Source: Botryllus schlosseri (taxonomy: Eukaryota). From it: a stretch of 64,000 nt of DNA. Below, piece after piece: positions 13,411 to 25,762 of the stretch. The stretch lies in NCBI GenBank assembly GCA_051294905.1, contig CM119372.1, positions 10,542,001 through 10,606,000 on the forward strand, written 5' to 3'. Each line of letters begins with the position of its first letter. Within the stretch, counting starts at the first letter, position 1. Below the pieces are notes generated by a model. That model had not been told where the DNA came from. It saw only the letters and a program-made list of their open reading frames with translations, and did not search any database. A program made the translations under genes and the position numbers.

Positions 13411-14362
13411 TAGGGCAAGTTTTTGTTGCGCTAAAATCGTGAGAAAGTTGCATTAGTATCTCTTATTATGGTATGACATACTAAGAAAGATTCCGTTGTG
13501 TAACCTAATAGTTTAAGATCTGCGAGGTGTATGCTTGTTCCACTTTTGTCCTCGCTATTCAATCGATTACGATCATGCATACACTTTTATGTTCTTTAGG
13601 TTTGAATCCTATCTGATAGCAATTCGCTGTCAGTTCCTGCAGAGCTGTCAAATTTGTTACTTTCCAATTTCACTGACGGTCTGGCGAAACCGCCGAAAAT
13701 TACATTTTTTGTGGTACAAAGCATGGAAGTAACCCAATGAGGAAATAATTTCCCTAAAAACGCCAAACAACATGGCGATATCCCATCCCCCTAAATAAAA
13801 CAAGTCAGATACCACAAGACGCCGAAGCCCCTCGGTCTGCAAACGTGACCCAAGGCATAGCAGAAAATCAGACCGGTAGCGGCTTCAACGAAATTAATAG
13901 CCTGAAAAACGGGGCACAAGTGAATATGTAATTATTGGCGGTATCTCCTGGGCGTCCGTGAAATGGGAAACTGTACCTCAAAATTAAACGTCCGAATTAA
14001 TAAAGCGATCTATTTCCATATTGTTCGGACACGGCCATGCTTCGCTGGGGTAGGCGAACTTCCAGCCTGCAAGCCAATGCGTCATAGATAGCATTGAGAT
14101 GCAGCTAATCCGCCATATTGCTCTTTGTAATGCAAATCAAAGAGAATAGAACCACACTAAAAATAGTTTAAAGCTTGTTGTTAAAATCACTCCTTTACTT
14201 TTCGCGCAATATTTGGTAAAAGTTGCAGTAGAAATTTGCGTGAAAAATTGAAAAGAAGTTGCAATATAGAATTCCTACAAACACAGAAACATTGTAGTAT
14301 TTTGATTCTGAGTACCTAGCAAGCTGTAAAAACAGTTGCAAAAGTTGCATAAACTTGTCCTG
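13411..14362 (+). mobile_element. hAT-like non-autonomous element (TAGGGCAAG terminus, AAGTTGCA subterminal repeats)
   Basis: TAGGGCAAGTTT...AAACTTGTCCTG; related copy at 54447-55048. No clean TSD. Confidence 0.65.
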
Positions 14363-14626
14363 CGACTGCGAATGAAATCCGTTATTTATGAATTCGCGTT
14401 CTCAGCAAATCTCAAATGGTCAATATCTTGCCATCTTTGTATGAAACATAGTAGAAAATTCAGGAATTATATTTTCATCGATTCAAAACATAAGAATACG
14501 AATTACGGTACTTTTTTCAATGTGACAAACGGTTCTTCAACTTCTATGGTCAATTGCTCAGTACACACTTAATTATCGTGAAGGCGTTAGTGTTAGATTG
14601 AACGATGTGTAGGAGACGATTTAGAG

Positions 14627-15309
14627 CAGTGGTTCTCAACCGCCGGTCCGTGGCAAGTTTCCTGCCAGTCCTCCAAATATATTCGAATTTTATATCTCAA
14701 TTCCAAATTGCAAGAAGTTATTGTTAGATGCTTTTACAATGTACAGTAATTAGAGAAATAAAACATCAAATTTTCAATTGATCCAGAAGTTAGGAACGTA
14801 TTTTTCTTCATGGCGTCGTGATAGACAGTTCTTGATCTACTTTGGCAGTAGCCTACGTTACATCGGTGCAAGTAGCCTATTGTATACGAAACTGTTTTTA
14901 TTTATGTGCTCGCTTCCGACAAGTTATATATGTAAGCTATACTGAGACTTTTACACAAGTTTCGTTAAATTCAGACAGTGTAATTAAGCGACAGTTGGCA
15001 GTATTATAAAGACCACAGCAAACAGCAAAGTCGCATTTCTTTCAAAGGATACCGAATAATCAAAATCAAGTTGGTGGTTTTTAATAGGACTTCGCGAGGT
15101 TTGCCTTGCAGAAACTTCAATAAAACCACGTAAGAATATCTAATATCAGAAATGCAGCCTTAAATGAAGTTTCCAATATTGCATTTGAGTTTCATACATT
15201 TGTCTGAAATAAATTTAGGGTACATTTTAATTTTTGAAAGTTCACCGGTCCGCAACATTTGTCTTGGAGTTTTATCAATTCCCGAGGTCAAAAAGGTTGA
15301 GAAGCACTT
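14627..15309. mobile_element. Charlie-like hAT MITE
   Basis: CAGTGGTTCTCAACC...GGTTGAGAAGCACT; TSD ATTTAGAG/ACTTAGAG. Shares terminal sequence with 10988-12211 in the opposite orientation. Confidence 0.75.
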
Positions 15310-15407
15310 ACTTAGAGGATATCTGCGATATGACTTTAACACGATGTTTCTCAGTCGCTATGAGGAGTGTTCACACGCTAACGTTTAGTCTATGGTTACC
15401 ATATTAT

Positions 15408-15998
15408 TATAGAAATTAAACATGGAACGGCAACGACCGATTTTGCAGCTTCGTTCCGCTTCGCCGGGGCTGGAGTGGAGAATTGTTTTGCGTAAGCGAC
15501 TGTAGGATTTCTGGCAATCCAAAAGCTATCTTCCCGAGCGCCGAAATTATTGAATCTGGTCTTGATCGAAAGCTACTGTTGCACTGATTCCGAAAATATA
15601 AAGTAAAATAATTATCAGGCACTGATCCACCTAGAATCCGTCCTCCAAGTCTGAAATATCGGCATTGTTCGAACAATCGGAGAGTCGCAACGGGTCATTG
15701 TTATGGTCATTGTGTTGCGGTTACCCGATTGTTCTAAACAATGCCGATATTTCAGACTTGGAGGACAGATTCTAGGTGGATCAGTGCCTGATCAATATTT
15801 TAATGTATATTTTCGGAATCGGTGCAACAGTAGCTTTCGATCAAGACCAGATTCAATAATTTCTGCGCTCGGGAAAATAGCTTTTGGATTGCCAGAAATC
15901 CTACAGTCGCTTACGCAAAACGATTCGCCACTCCAGCCCCGGCGAAGCGGAACGAAGCTGCAAAATCGGTCGTTGCCATTCCATGTTTAATTTCTATA
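15408..15998. mobile_element. Foldback element (two ~285-bp inverted arms) with TATAG termini and 7-bp TSD
   Basis: The arms give the near-identical ORFs 15416..15676(-) and 15703..15990(+). ATATTAT occurs at 15401-15407 and 15999-16005. Confidence 0.88.
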
Positions 15999-16344
15999 AT
16001 ATTATTGTAACAAATTCCGGGCGCTCTTTAGCGCCCACTAACGGACTTCAAAATGAGGTATGAACACATTTGGGTCAATATGACGTCACACCAGCAAAGC
16101 TTTGTCTATCGACTAGAGGTGGTCATGATCCGGTTCAGGAGTATGTGGTTGTGGTTGTAACCAGCAGGGCCGAAGCCACATTTTTCAGCCCCATCCCGCC
16201 CAAATGAACACTGATCTTGAGCCGACTGTAGGGTAATCGATGCAACTTCTGATGGCTTACTATATGCATCTGGTCGTTAAATGATTTGAAAGATTTATGT
16301 CAATAATATTGGGTTCCTCCACATATTGCTACATATGGTCAGAG

Positions 16345-16642
16345 TTGATGTTTTTGCGGCACGTACCGCCCACCGCTATATACACCGACCGATATACATA
16401 TACACGATCTGTGCATATGCCTACCATGAGTGCATGATGTGCACATGCCGCTGGACAAGGAAGGGGCACATATAGCCTTGTACGGCTTTCTAAGTCTTGC
16501 GCCACCCCTCCATGCTATCCCAATGGGCCAAGCGATGAAGTCATGGATACCAGTGTCAGGTCTTTGTTCTGACCTGACCGGGGATCGAACCCACGACCTA
16601 CTGATCAAGAAGCCGTACGCTTCACCATCACGCTACCTTGTC
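16345..16642 (-). mobile_element. tRNA-derived SINE
   Basis: Head with A-box (TAGCGTGATGG) and B-box (GGTTCGATCC), then a body shared with the copy at 62433-62740. Confidence 0.85.
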
Positions 16643-17762
16643 GGTTTGCGCCATCTTGTCGGTATCTTGTTCATCGTTAAGTCATGTCCAAACGGCCTAA
16701 ACCGACTCTATTATTATACCGTTATCTTGTAATTGCGATAACAATTAGATTTATTTCTGTAACTGAATGTTATTTTTAAGTATTTTTGATCACAGTTTTT
16801 GCGAGGGTGGTAGACCCATATTAAAACCGAAATATGTGTTGCTAAATCGCGCGTAGCGCGAAGAAAATTTCATGTAGCATAAGTCTGTCCAAAAATAATA
16901 TTGTTTATGTTGATTTAGGGAACAAGCTTACTTCAAAATTCCGGACATTTAGGCATATTTTAGAAATTCCCCTCGGACGCTGTTTTAACAGTGAAATTCC
17001 GAACATGTCCGGCAAATTCCGGAGGTATGGCAACCCTAGTGTAGTCCGACTATAGGCAATGCAATGACAACAATCGTTGACTATTGATGTCTCTTCTGCA
17101 GGCTGCGGCAAGACAATCCGAGATGCCGATGTTTTTGAATTTCCGGGTGACACTGAAGTACCTATTCGTAAATCGAAGAGAATAAAGACAGCTAAAAGCG
17201 TCTTGAAAAAATATGCTGCTCCGAGACGAAAGAGTAATGCTTGAATGTAATTAATATAACTTTTTGGTGTTGTGTTGATCCCTTTGTCTCCCTAGTTTCG
17301 TTCTTCGCGACCATGATGCCTCTATCGAATATAGTCGATATTTTTCTGCAGAAGATGCGTTGCTACTTTTCTTTGGAGTTACTACAGTATTATGCGTCTG
17401 TCAGAAGTTCGTTAACTTCCTAATTATTTTGAATATGCAAGTTATCATGAAAAAGCACCATAAAGTACTTCCTCTTTTTATTTACGTGCTAAGGTAGACG
17501 TAGTCCATTAGATGTGTAAAATACATTTGTGTGATGAGAGATTTTCCATATCTTTAGTTTTTTATCGTTAATGCGATACAGGGACTGCAGGATATCAACG
17601 GTTTGGTGTTAACCCGATTTTGGCTATACGAGCTGTTCCTCGTCGAATAATACAATAGTCATTAGTCATCTTGGTATCATCCGATGAGATGATACCATTT
17701 TTTTTTTTTAAATACAGTCTTGAGCGGAGATAGGATTTGATGTGTACACTAATAACCTAGAC

Positions 17763-18964
17763 CAGTGGTTCCCAACCTTTTTCGACTCATCGCCCCCTTT
17801 TGAAGCTCCACACCGATCATCGCCCCCCAAATATTGGGAAAGTAAAAACAGCACTTTGTCAGACCCCCGAACGTTGGTCTTTGACCCCATAGGGTGATAA
17901 ACCAAACCCCACACACCCCTCAGCCAGTGGGCCTTATGTCGCTACATATCAGCTATACCCTATTTCATGTACTGTTTGGTGAGTCACCGTATTTCGCCTA
18001 AACGCGCGAAGCGCGACAAATTTATATAATTCATGTTTGAATCGGTCAATATGGTCGGGAATTGCATATATATTGCTATCAATTTTTTATCCTCTCTGCC
18101 CGCGTAATCAGATTTACCGGTAGAGCTGAATGTGGTGTGCTGGAAAAGGTAGGACGCCTAAATAATAATTAAACATCTTCTGGCGGAATCGTTGTTATAT
18201 TGACTTCGGTACATGATGTTATTTCGTGATCTCCTATATCTGCTATGTCAGAAGATATGGAAATCGTCAAAACGTACCAAACTAAAAGACGCACATGATT
18301 TCAAATTGGTATTTCTGTACTGGCAAATAATTTTTTCCTTGCGGGATGGCATTTTTCCTGTAGGGTTAAAGTCGCTAGGACAGGAACATTCGACGCCAGC
18401 CATTGAGGCGCATATGGACAAGTATGTGTATATATATATCGAAGTTTTCGGTCAGCACAAGGGCATTCCTTTTCGGCCAAGGCCTTCTCGCTGCTGATCG
18501 TTCTGGCACACTTCTCGGAGTCGCATGTTACATGGCCTTTAACTTCATATGTCTTGGTGCGTCGTGGCGCAGTAATGGCCGACGACGAAGTCACCCATTT
18601 CCATAAATTATGCGTATCTTGTTGGGTGACTGGTAGCTTATCCCAAAATCAAGATATATGATATCATTAAATCGCACGCAGCGCGAAAAATTTCTGAACA
18701 AGTTGCATGAATTTCTAAAAGATTACTTTATAATTCATGTTAATTCACGAAATTATTTTGGGCCCCATCGAGTTCGGGCCCCCACCCCTAAATGTGGAGT
18801 TTGAGATGCGGTAGTTACGGTCCCGACTCTAATATAGCCGTTTTAACGCGCCATCGCCCCCTTCGTCCGTTTTCGCCCCCCTATCGCCCCCTTCGTTATT
18901 TTCGCCCCCCTAGACCGCCAAATCGGCCCCTGGGGGGCGATATCGCCCACGTTGGGAACCACTG
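17763..18964. mobile_element. Charlie-like hAT non-autonomous element
   Basis: CAGTGGTTCCCAAC...GTTGGGAACCACTG; TSD ACCTAGAC; sister copy at 25763-27128. Confidence 0.88.
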
Positions 18965-20561
18965 ACCTAGACCAGTGCTTTTCAACGTTTCTGAACGCCT
19001 TCCGCACTTTGTTGCGAAAATACATCATTCGCGCAAAGCGACCAAAATTTGTCATACAAAAATAATATGAAGCGACTTGAAAGTTTTTGCTTAGTCGTGC
19101 AACAAGTATGGGCTACCGGTTTAGGCCATCAAGTGTCTCAATAAAAAGAGAACTCTTCCTCGTTCCATGATTTCAACCATAGTGCACAAAAGCCTTTCTG
19201 GATGAAATAAGTTGCTGTACAAAAACTTCCAGTCCTTGGGTGGCCAGCTCTCCTATTCAAAATACAGCGTGTTTCCCGCGAGTGAAAGATAATTCTTGCT
19301 GAAGGAAATCTTTAAGAGTATGACACAAAGGTCCCGTAGGCTCCAATTCATCGAATCGGTGCAAAACTCTCAACTTCGTTTTAATGCTTCTGCCTGATGG
19401 TCTGGAAAATACGTTGTTTCAACTTGTGTTCTCCCCCTCCCAATTTGCCATTTTCTGACTCACGAATAGATGGGAACAGCAAAGAAAGTCACGTATTTAC
19501 GGTCACGTATAGGGTTGCATTTAAGACAAATTGTGTTTTAAAACACTACCTATACAATACGGCATGGTTCAAAGATATTTTTGGTTGGTTTAAGTCAGGA
19601 GTCGGAAGCCCTATATCACGGGTTCTCAGCTTCCCATGTGTTACGGGCCGCATTTTAATAGCAAAAGAGGATGCGGGCCACAGAACATTATTACCATGTG
19701 TTTGTAAGATATATTAAATACACTGTATTTACCGGTCGTATACGGACGTTTAATACATTTTTATGCATTCTGACGCAGTAGTGAACAGCGTTCACAAGTT
19801 TTCATTTACTGTTTTCTATGTGAATTAGTCACCTTCCAGTGGCGCAAGTCAGCTTTGTCAAGTTTATGTTTTTAGCTGGTCCTCGATAAAAGCTCCTCAG
19901 TACAGAACAACTGTCCCTTCCGCACGCTTGCCCGGCATTTCCTCTGTAAATGTGTCCATTGTGAGAAGATGCACCCATATTATTAGCTATGTAATATCTG
20001 TAGGCGAGTCGGTGAATTGGTCCAATGCTAGGCTAGAGTAGCCTGCGCGGCAACGGAACTACGATAAAAGATCAACTGACATTGCTGTTACTCTTCTGGT
20101 CACGGTTGAATCAGATAACTGTAACTTCGACGGTTGCCAGGTGATGTTGTCGCTATTGATAAATTTCTGAAACAGCGAATTCACACAGTCTTTCTTAAAA
20201 TCCCACCTTCTCTATCTGACTTCCTGGCTTTAGCGCTATTTTGAACAATGTCTCTGAACCGTTATTGCCTCGAAATGTGGATTGCTGGGATTGTCAGTAG
20301 CGACATTTCCCCCTAAGATCAGGTGGGCAATTTGGGTATGTATTTTTGAACTCTGGATGAAACTGTCAGTGGCAGTGGTGTCGTTTTAAACTTTAATTCT
20401 ATGCGAAAGCAAATTCAATGTTCCATGCAGAGTTGAAAACCCATTTTTCTTCGTTTAATTTCCCCTTTCCTTGTCGCGATCTGTTCAGGCCAGTCGTGGT
20501 GAGTGTAACACTCCTTGAAAGTGTACTACTAAGCGGGATTCTCTTAAACCAGAGTCCAGAC

Positions 20562-21710
20562 CAGTGTTGCAAACTCCGGATGGAAGAAAATCGCTAAAAC
20601 TGGTGTCAAAAATCGCTAGATGGCGCTATATATTGAGAAAAAAGCGCTAAAAAATAGCGCTAAATCTGCAAAAGGGGCTAAAGGTGTTAAATTGAACCAT
20701 TATATCGATATATTCTTCTCAGTTATATTTTACTCGTCTGGGGCCAAAGTCACTTATCATATTTCTAGTTCATAATAAGTAATAGTCATATCTAAGCGGG
20801 ACAAAACGGCAGTGCATTTCGCTTTGCGAAACGATCGCTATACGTGAACAGGAACACTGACCAGGTTTGCAGGCACAACCGCTCACTATATCAGCGTGCC
20901 TCACTCGATGCGTCCGTGAATACGTGATGCGATGTACCGTGGTTATGCGATTGACTTCTTCTCTAAACTGTGTTGGAGTTGGCCTACTTGAACACGACAT
21001 GCGACTTGACACACGTGTACACGACATGCGACTTGACCCGACACAACACGACATTGAAACGGGTTTGTTTGCCACTATAAGTAGAGACCTTACGAAAATA
21101 ATCCGATGACCAACCCGGTGTATGAGATGTAATTAATCTGGTCGTAAACGAATGACCAGACACTGGAGCGACCTCAAAACAGCCCCCAAAGCCAATCGCT
21201 GGACGAAATTGGTCATTGTTATGTTCATTGTGTTGCAGGGTGCACGGTTCCATTGTCCGGACGAGATTTTATTTTGTATTTTCGAAATCACTGCGACACC
21301 ATCTTTCGATCATGGCCATTGGCCAATTATATTAAATTTCAGCGTTCAGGTCGCCAGATGTAGCACTGCCAACTGTATGCTACTTTTAGATTACTCAGCA
21401 AGAAGCCACACTGTTCGCCCATGCGTAACCGCCAGGAGTTGCGTATCTACTACTATCTAATATCTATCGGTAGGTTAGTAATCTATAAATATCATCGGAG
21501 TCCGCACTCTGGTGACCGGTATAGCCAATGCAGTCGTCAGCCAGAACTGATCTTTAGTGGTTATTTTCGGAAAAAAGCGCTAAATAATCGCTAAATACTT
21601 TTTCAAAAATCGCTAGATTTATCGCTAGGCGCTAGATCCATATTTTTTGGCGCTAAACCGGATGAAAAATCGCTAGATCTAGCGCGAAAATCGCTAAATT
21701 GGCAACACTG
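20562..21710. mobile_element. hAT non-autonomous element (CAGTGTTGC TIRs, CGCTA subterminal repeats)
   Basis: CAGTGTTGC...GGCAACACTG; perfect TSD GTCCAGAC. Confidence 0.88.
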
Positions 21711-22272
21711 GTCCAGACGAATGCCGATTATGAAAGCAAGAACGATTTCAACTCGAGCATATCAAGAAACCAAAACAGACCAAAAAATTAGAGAGAGAGA
21801 GAGATTTATTGATTTCTCCAACCGTAAAGAAAACATCATTGGCACATAAAACAACAATAAATGAACTTAACGGTATAGGACAGGGTGTGACCGATATGAC
21901 TCTGGGTAGGGTCAACTGATCTGATCACACGCTGCATTAACAAATACAGATATTGTGTCATAAATTTGGTTGTGATCAATCAATTCAGCTCAGCATAATA
22001 ATAAAATACTAAAGAAACTACAAATTTGGTGTGAGACAAGCGGGTCATTGGTAATGGGAGATGAGGCGACTGAATAATTCCTTCTTGAAGGAGTGGTATG
22101 GGAGGTCCCGTATTGATGAGGGTATATAGCATTCCATATGACAGGACCGGCATAGACGATCGATTTCTTTGTGAGGTTACTGGTGGGTCGATGAAAATAG
22201 ATGTTGCCCTGGGAAGAAAATCTGGTATTGTGTGAGTGAACAGTTTGAGCAAGGACGAAGAAATCGTTAAAC

Positions 22273-22620
22273 CATAGTGTCCTATACGGTGTCGACACAG
22301 GCAAATCTCACGCCTCAATGAAATTGTATCACGTCACAATTTCCATTTGGCTACAGGCCATTTGACGGTCATTTTTGACCGGCTTGCCGAGCATTAAATT
22401 TGATAAAACGGGTATCAATCGAAAGCTGACTCTGCACTGATTACGAAAATATAAATTTTATTCCGTCCGTGGCCCTGGAACTCCCACAATCAGCCTCGAA
22501 TTTTTCATTGTTATGGAGATTGGCATTGGGACGCAACAATGCTGTCTGACTCTTTTTCTCTTGAGCTACTCTCTCGTTTCGCCAGACAGCATTGTTGCGT
22601 CCCAATGCCATAACACTATG
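22273..22620. mobile_element. CATAG-terminal MITE with 7-bp TSD (P-like) inserted in the LINE
   Basis: CATAGTGT...ACACTATG; perfect TSD GTTAAAC. Removing it restores LINE text PPLFN|DFFVL. A partial copy is at 60441-60780. Confidence 0.88.
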
Positions 22621-22955
22621 GTTAAACAAAGGAGGCAATTCATTTGAAAAATATTGATGCATAAATTTAGCTACTTCCAATGTAAAAATATCGTCAAATT
22701 TTAGAATATTGTATTTGCGGTAGTACTGGGATAATCTTGTTCGATGGGGCAAGCCAGCCATCAAACACATGGCTCGGTTTTGAAGGGTACGAATTTTAGA
22801 ACAATGTGAAGTACAAGCATTCCCCCATACAATTATGCTTTACTGTATAGATACGAGTAAAAAAGCGAAAAGTAAATTGTCCTAAGCACAGATCTAGGAA
22901 CTATGTGCTTGAGTTTTGTCATTACACCTTCACATCTAGAAAGCTGTGTTATGGT

Positions 22956-23330
22956 CAGAGATGATCGGATTTGGAATTTCTATGTCCTAATCCAAATCCG
23001 AACCTTCAAATCCAAATCCTAATCCATAATATTTTCTTATTCAAGTCCATGTCGAATCCTAATCCGATTCTAACTGGAAATTCAGAAAAAATGCTAATTT
23101 ATACAAGGGAGGAAATGGAAATTTCTCTTTCACAACCAACGATTCCTTTGATTCAAGATAACTCAGTAACGATAAGTACATTGATAACTGATCTGAATAA
23201 AGTTATTCGCCACACGACATATCGATATCCCAGAAAATCCTAATCCGTTCAGAAAATAATCTCTAATCCTAATCCAATCCAAATCCGACAAAATTTCACA
23301 AATCCTAATCCTAATCAATGCTCATCTCTG
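22956..23330. mobile_element. hAT MITE (CAGAGATGA TIRs, AATCC repeats)
   Basis: CAGAGATGA...TCATCTCTG; perfect TSD GTTATGGT. Confidence 0.88.
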
Positions 23331-23430
23331 GTTATGGTATGAGCAATATACGGCTTCCATGACAATTTAGAGTCAATTATGATTCCAATATATTTTGCTG
23401 AGTCACACAGTGAAAATGTGAAATACAGTT

Positions 23431-24277
23431 ATAGGGCCATAAAGTCATCAAAGTCATATTTTTTTCTATGCATCAGTAAGTCGTGAAATCAATTTGAACG
23501 CAAAAACCGCATGCCTATGGGGTATATTAAAAAAGTTATAAACTCATATAAAGTCATATTTTGCTGGTTAAGTCATAAAAAGTTGTAAAGTCATATTTTT
23601 AGTATAGTTTGAATAAAAAGTACCAATTTAAGCGGTGAAGCAATCAAGCACTAACAAACTAAGGCAGTTACTCGTTGGGGTAGCTGGTCGAATGCTGCTA
23701 AATATTATGTCGAGACGTAGACAGGTGAAGTTATTGTAAATAGCATCAAAAATTCAGTCAACGATCCAAAGTTGACTATTCAGTCAATTTGCCTCCACTA
23801 TAACAATATTTCAAATTTAATACTGAAAATGGAAAATTATAGCCTACGTAGGCTACACCGTCAACCTGATGTGACATTGTAATGGAAAGTTATAGCCTAC
23901 GTACACGCCCATGCTGATCTAAATGCCTTTAATTTCGGGAAAAATCCGCTTGAGCTCAAAAATTTCACCATCGCTTTAGGCAAAACTGCAGAAGTGTCAG
24001 CCCACATCAGCGTCTGTGGAGCGCTCATTTTCCTTACTAAAGTCATTTTACGTCCAAATCGTAACTTCGAATACTCTAACATTCCGCACTACATGAAACT
24101 GTACTACAACAGTGGCTTCAAATAAAAATGGATATGTTATGTTACGTATGTTTTACTCTTTAGTTCCGTGAGTGACGTTGTTCGCATGTAAAAATACACT
24201 ATTTTCAAATAAAGTCATATTTTCCGAAAAATAAAGTCATATTATGGATTTTTTAAGGTCATATAAAAATGGCCCTA
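23431..24277. mobile_element. hAT-like MITE (TAGGGCCAT TIRs, AAGTCATA repeats)
   Basis: TAGGGCCAT...ATGGCCCTA; interrupts the LINE reverse transcriptase frame. TSD not clean. Confidence 0.7.
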
Positions 24278-25089
24278 GTTATTATTTAGATTCACAGTAA
24301 GGTTATCAGAAGCAGTATTAAAGAGCATCATCACAGTTTTATCGGTATTTAAACTTAGTTTGTTAGCAGCAAGCCATTGAGAGACTTTTGTAAGTTCACT
24401 CTGCACAGAACTTTGTAGGTTGCTTATAGTATCGGATGAAAGAAAAAGATGGGTATCATCGGCAAACAGTGTAGTATAAAAGGAGGAACAGTTAATAATA
24501 TCATTGATGTAAATCAAAAATAGGGTCAGTTCTAAAACTGAGCCCTGAGGCACTCCACACTCTACATCCATTGTGTGAGTGATCATAGATCAGAGACGGT
24601 GCGATGGAAGTGCTAAATTAATATGTAACAGTACCGCATCAGTAGTAATTGCTTTCATGATGAAAGATGCAGCTGGCCGCGTGTTGAGAACCCCTGCCTT
24701 ATATTATAAATTGGCAATGTCACTCCACTGTGACGTCACAATTTAACTACCGGCTACGTCATGGCTAAAACACACAATAAAAACATGTATTAAAAACGGA
24801 CCCTGTTTTAAACATGTTTGTTTTATATTGATTTTTGTTTTAAATACAACCCCACCTTACCTAGATGTATGACATAGAGAACGCGCAGACAGCAGTTGTA
24901 CGCAACGCAGCTGTATGCAACATGTCTGAAGCACGCGATTATAAATTGGGCGGGAAAGTTTTCCTCTGCGGTTCACATTTGTACTACTGTCTACTGGAAT
25001 TGCAAGGACGGGACTATTTGGCGCCGACCATTTCGACGATCGGACATATCAATATCGAAGGTTTTGGCCACCGATATTTTAGGCTCCCA

Positions 25090-25262
25090 CTTTGCCCGAC
25101 CATAGTTTTAGTCCTGTAGAATTTTCGGTCAACCTAGAAAAAATTCTTATAAAGACGTATTATATACCGTTGGAAAGATAATTTTACCAGCTTTTCAATG
25201 ATGGGTTTTGTCACTTTTTTGACCTTAGGGAAAAAAGTTATTACCAAAAACGTTCCAGGGGA
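25090..25262. repeat. Interspersed repeat shared (inverted) with 34700-34880
   Basis: Shared text such as GGAAAGATAATTTTACCAGCTTTTCAATGAT and AAAGACGTATTATATACCGTTGG. Confidence 0.7.
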
Positions 25263-25435
25263 TAAAGCACTCTTTGCCTAACAATAAAATACAAATATAG
25301 GCTAAAATACGAGACCTTCGTATCAGAATACAACACCATAAATTGGAATATCACCCCCAGTAAAGCAAACTAACAATCGAACAGCAAAACAATGAAACAT
25401 AACTTTATTTAAGAGGTATTTATCATACGTTAGGG

Positions 25436-25735
25436 CAGTGGTTCTCAACCTTTTTTTAGACACGCCCCCCTTTATGATAGTGAAAAATCTCGCGCCCCCC
25501 TTATCGTCATATCACAAAATCCAACCAGGATGCTAGCAACCCCAACAGATTGTTTGATGGCATGGAAGGTTATGACTGTTGAAGAGAGTATTCGAAAATA
25601 TGAAATTCGGTCTATATATGGAGAAACACGCGTGAATTTGGGGTAAATCGCGCACAGCGCGAACAAAAAATTCAGTTGAGCGCTTCTTCGCGCCCCCTTC
25701 AGATGCCTTCACGCCCCCCAGGTTGAGAATCACTG
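25436..25735. mobile_element. Charlie-like MITE (~300 bp)
   Basis: CAGTGGTTCTCAACC...GGTTGAGAATCACTG; perfect TSD CGTTAGGG. Relatives at 33389-33702 and 39094-39411. Confidence 0.88.
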
Positions 25736-25762
25736 CGTTAGGGGGAAAAAGTTGACCTAGAC

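Larger units (their letters stand above)
21790..24590 (-). mobile_element. 5'-truncated CR1/L2-clade LINE (reverse transcriptase 3' part) interrupted by three MITEs
   Basis: ORF 24275..24586 has GVPQGSVL and LFADDT motifs. The frame continues as KYIGIIIDSKLSW, then LEVAKFM, then HSHNTR...YAGPVIWN. The 3' end has AATAAA followed by a (CT)n tail at about 21790-21812. Confidence 0.9.
19617..24696 (-). mobile_element. Charlie/Buster hAT element with decayed transposase; hosts further insertions
   Basis: Termini CACGGGTTCTCA...TGAGAACCCCTG; TSD CCCTATAT/CCTTATAT. Minus strand at about 19830-20470 reads VFNSAW...LSDSTVTRRV...YSSLALD...TDIT.LIIWV...FTEE, as in Charlie/GTF2IRD2-type transposases. 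Confidence 0.75.
19510..24854. mobile_element. TAGGGTTG-type hAT MITE split by a nested insertion stack
   Basis: Left end TAGGGTTGCATTTAA, right end TTAAATACAACCCCA. An uninterrupted relative lies at 31834-32240. Confidence 0.6.

Noticed and set aside
15416..15990. Divergent twin ORFs of 86 and 95 aa
   Set aside because: They are the arms of a foldback element; no coding signal.
20985..21056. ACACGACATGCGACTTGAC repeated 2-3 times
   Set aside because: Short local tandem duplication inside a hAT element; no evidence of function.
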